Part shown: positions 60,050 to 64,000 of the stretch, in pieces | Layout: every line of letters starts with the position of its first letter | Numbering within the stretch: the stretch's first letter is position 1 | Assembly: GCA_015680685.1 (NCBI GenBank) | Contig: MNCI01000472.1 | Coordinates: forward strand, 174,531 to 238,530 | DNA: 64,000 nucleotides | Source: Gnetum montanum | Taxonomy: Eukaryota; Plantae; Gnetophyta | Direction of reading: 5' to 3' | Program-made: the position numbers and the translations under genes | Notes under the pieces: model-generated | What the model saw: the letters and a program-made list of their open reading frames with translations, nothing else | Database searches by the model: none | What the model was told of the DNA's origin: nothing

Positions 60050-63000
60050 CACCCCCACAACTAAATCAAATCTTTTGTTATCTTTGCTTAAGCCTCATGT
60101 TCCTTCTTAGTGGCATCATCCTTTTGAGGAAAATTGCAACATGTAGCTAATCTAGTACTAAGCTAATGTATGTATCTTGTAGCACTCTTGGTAGCCTCCT
60201 TTGCCTTTATAGCCTTTAAAACTTTTGTATTTAACAACTCAACCTGGATATCACATTAAGCAATTTCCTTCTTACATTCTTTTTCTTTCCTCTTCACAAA
60301 AAGAAACCAACATGAAAGATAAGAAAAGGGAAGAAAAAGGACAATAAAAATTAAAACAATAAAGTACTCTTTGCATGAAGACAATCATTTTCAAATTGGA
60401 GTATTCATTCATGATTTAATAGGTGGCATGTCAAACTAACTCTCCCAAGATTTGCTCAAAATTTTTGATTACTTCTAGAGAATACTTAGGAATTTAATGA
60501 TATTTAGTGATATCATTGAACTACATCAATTCAAAATCACCCTTGAAGTTGCAAGAGTGAAACTCTCATAGATGAAATAATCTCTCTCAAATAGAATTCA
60601 GGATGTTCTTAGTGATTTGATCATTAAGAAGATGAAACAAAAGGACCTCCTCTTCATTGTTAACAACCAACTATATAAGGGAGTAGGAAGAATCCTTTAT
60701 GGTAACCAATGATGATAGAGTGATAAATACTATACTAAAGAAAGGAGTTATTGCTATAGTATGGGAAGTACTAGCAAAAATAAAAGTTTTGATGGAAGTG
60801 ATTTATGAATAAACTAGCTTGGAAGACTACAAAGATTTGATAGTGGAGTAGTAGTCCTATTAGGTCCAAGATGAGGGATGACCTTCAAATCTTCTCTTTC
60901 TATTTCTTAGACAAAAAATCTCTAAGCCACTAATATTTACCAAAAATTAAGTGTCAGAAGCACACATAAAGAGAAGTAAAAAATCTTAATAATTAGATAG
61001 GATCTTCCTCTTGTTCTTTCCCTTTCTAAGTATCACTAGGACCTTCTCCACTAATGCACAATTTCTAATCATTTGAAAGAAGAAAATTGTTAATAAAAAA
61101 GATAGAGATTAAAAGAATAACAATAACAATCACATTATTTTAGTATAGTAAGAAAAGCACCTTGGAGGTTAGTTTAATCATTTTATCTTTTCTTGAATCC
61201 TTTTTACTAGTACTAGCCTTAGGATTGGTATGTAATCTAGAGTTTACTACCACATAAAAATACAATAATAATAAATAACTAATAAATTGTAGAAAAAATA
61301 ATAAAGAAAATGTAGTACCTCATCTATAACCTTAGGATTTTGAGCCTATGTGATGACTTCTTGACCCCATTTTTAATTTTCAAGTTGGGACCTTATGATT
61401 TATTCATCATCAAGGAATAAGGGATATCACTTAGGGTCATAAGGGAGGAAATGGTTCTTGTCATTATTGTAACTCAAAATGAGAGTCATTAGCATGGACA
61501 CACACCATATTAAGAACTTAGTCGCATGATCCTTAATTACACTACCTAAAGGTTCCATAATAGCAAATAAGTGGGAGAAATATGTATATGACTAATTATA
61601 TAGTCTACCATTCTGGCATCGTGTAATAGGAAAATGAAAAATGTGAAAACTTAGTAAGTGCAAGGTTGCCATAATACTCTACTCTCTAAAAACAAAAAAA
61701 TTTGAACTTTAAAGCTTTTGTTAAAGTTCTTCTTTTCAAAACCCTTAGGAGGGATGCTAGATGTGTTGACATACTCAAGAAGTTCATTTACACAAAAATC
61801 ATAAAAATCTTGAGATTTATGACTAGGTGGAAGAGGATATTCACCAAGATGAAAACATAGGGTATTCCTTATAATATCAAATGTAATTTTAGCATGTCCA
61901 AAAACTAGTTTAGAATCATTACTTAACCTAGAATTTTATGAACCACTCCATTGAAGAATAGGTTTTTTAGACAAACTAGGCTTGAATGGTGAGAAAACTT
62001 AAAAATTGAATAGGTGGAAATCTTTAAAACTTCATACTCATCAACTTTGAGTAAAGAATAAATAAAATCAATGGCATCTATAACATTAATCTAATACAAA
62101 CTAATAGTTACTTGTAGGAAGATCATGTCTCCACCTGAAGGGGTTATAGTAGGTTGATTGAATTGCTTAGGAGGAGTCATGTCTATTGCCTTCTTTCAAT
62201 GTCAATTATTTCTTTTCCTACTTCAATATTTTCTTGTAGCTTCAATGTTGAATGAATTCTTTCACCTTACTGTAATTTATAGGGAAGCTAGTATTCATTA
62301 TGTGGGATTTTAGCATAAGATGGATAGTTTATCAGATAATGGTTGTTGCTAGTTAGAAAAAGATGGGACAGTTCAAAAAATAAAAAGTGTAGTTAGATGA
62401 TTATTTATTTGTAATTAAATTACATAATATTCTTATCTTTTAGTAAATTTCAAGTTCACAATAGTAAAGTTTACTTGAGTTCAACATGTAGTACTCTCTA
62501 AGATGATTCCAATGGTACCAATTTCATCTTGATCCAATGTACAATTTGGGAGATATCATGATTCTCGATAGTCACATCAATTAATTTATCTAAAATTACA
62601 TTTAAAAAATAAAATAAAATAAAAAGAAAAAATAAAATTCAAAATTTAGGTCTTAGAGTTGAACTCATAACATTCAAGTCAATAATCCCAAGTCTTAACC
62701 CTCGCTCTACTAATCACTAAAAAAAACTTGCTTGTTGTGTTTAATAAGGATGACACACCCAAATTAAATACCATTTTTTATAAAATTTAATTAAAATTTT
62801 TTTATAACCCTAAGGGTTATAGTTGTATCATGGCTAGTGGGAAGGTACGAATGCTGGACAAGCCATGCCATTATGGCAAGGCTACATAGCATAGAGACCA
62901 TTGCAATCCTTCCTTCCATGAATGATGCTGTCACCCTGCTCCTCACACATGTTGTCCCTAATCTACCTCATCTGCTCCATCATCACTCTACTTGTATGTA

Positions 63001-63610
63001 GTGCTATCATTACTTTGCCTCACAAGCTCCACTACTACTCTATCTCATGCACTTAGTCACCTACCCCCATCTTGATTATCACCTCTACCCATTGTCAATC
63101 ATTCCTTTCCTCTTAAAAATTCTACCAGGAATTTTGGTAGTAGGAACTACTAGTTTTAATGGGCACCACAAGCACTGGTGCCTCATACCATTAGGTTTTG
63201 CATTGATAGAAAATACTAGTGTTCACGAATACTATAAGCATCAATTCTCCATACCACAATGTATCATGGCGGTAGGAAGTACCAATGCAAGCAGAGGCCA
63301 TAGACACTAGGGTCCTTGGACAAGAAAATTTGAAATTTTTGTTTAAAAAAATTTAAATTTAAATGTAAATATTCATTCTATGCCAAATTTGACTAACTTG
63401 GTAAAATTGAAACCCTAGTAGATGGTGAGATAAAAATTACATAATTAAGAATACTAGTTCTAAAGTAGAACTAGGATGGGTGACCTTTCAAGAAGTCTTG
63501 AAAATTATGCAACTTTTGGAGGACTTTAAGCAACCTCAAATTTTGATCTTGGAAGCCTTTTTTGATGAATGAAGAGAAATTTTCTATAGATTTCAATAGT
63601 TTAGACACAT

Positions 63611-64000
63611 TGATGATGAGTTGCATTTTCTTGGATCCCATTGATGAGGCCTCGTTGATGTGACCTCATTGACGTGGCCTCATCAACATGGGATTTGATG
63701 CTTTGACATGGCCTTGTTGACATAGTGTCTATTTTACCTATAAATAATGCTCACCCACCATGTCTATGACATCTTTTGTCATAGTTGTAGCAGAGCTCTT
63801 ACAGTTTTGTCATATAAAAGTTAGAATATTTTTTGAAGTGCCAACAATAGGAGTTAAAGAGTGCACGAATCTTTATTTGAGCACTATTGTACTTAAGCAT
63901 GGCAGTGTGTGCAGGAATAAAGATGAGCTTTCTAATAAACCTTGCAACACTTCAAAATAGATTAATTGTTTATTCATGCATTTAATGTTTTATGCAATTT
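63611..64000 (+). repeat. Start of another Athila-like LTR, running off the window end
   Basis: TGATGA start, decayed TCGACGTGGCC-type array, CCTATAAATA at about 63737, and TTTATTTGAG and AATAAAGAT blocks shared with the family. Confidence 0.7.

Overview
AT-rich land-plant genomic DNA with three N gaps, made almost entirely of nested, mostly degenerate Ty3/gypsy LTR retrotransposons that show heavy CG/CHG-type C>T decay. The aRH domain order suggests a gymnosperm or other non-angiosperm, but this is inference. I found no intact host protein-coding gene. The one clear host gene is a MIR390 microRNA hairpin on the minus strand (mature 42975-42995, star 42915-42935). It sits in an approx. 2.5-kb CpG-retaining island (about 41945-44420) with duplicated upstream modules and an AuxRE. 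The transposon content falls into four groups. (i) An Athila-like family (TGATGA..TCATCA LTRs, tRNA-Asp PBS) occurs here only as pol-less forms: a tandem gag unit (1-3311), a 9-kb gag + env-like element (51011-60049), an env-only derivative (36275-41519) and several solo or partial LTRs. (ii) An old plus-strand Tat element (8668-34630) has the order RT-RH-aRH-INT. (iii) A younger minus-strand Tat element nested inside it (16205-26035) has the rarer order PR-aRH-RT-RH-INT, an extra 3' ORF and a decayed ORF inside its LTR. (iv) Small LTRs of another family occur at 12633 and 50327. All alignments and counts were made by eye; no database searches were run.
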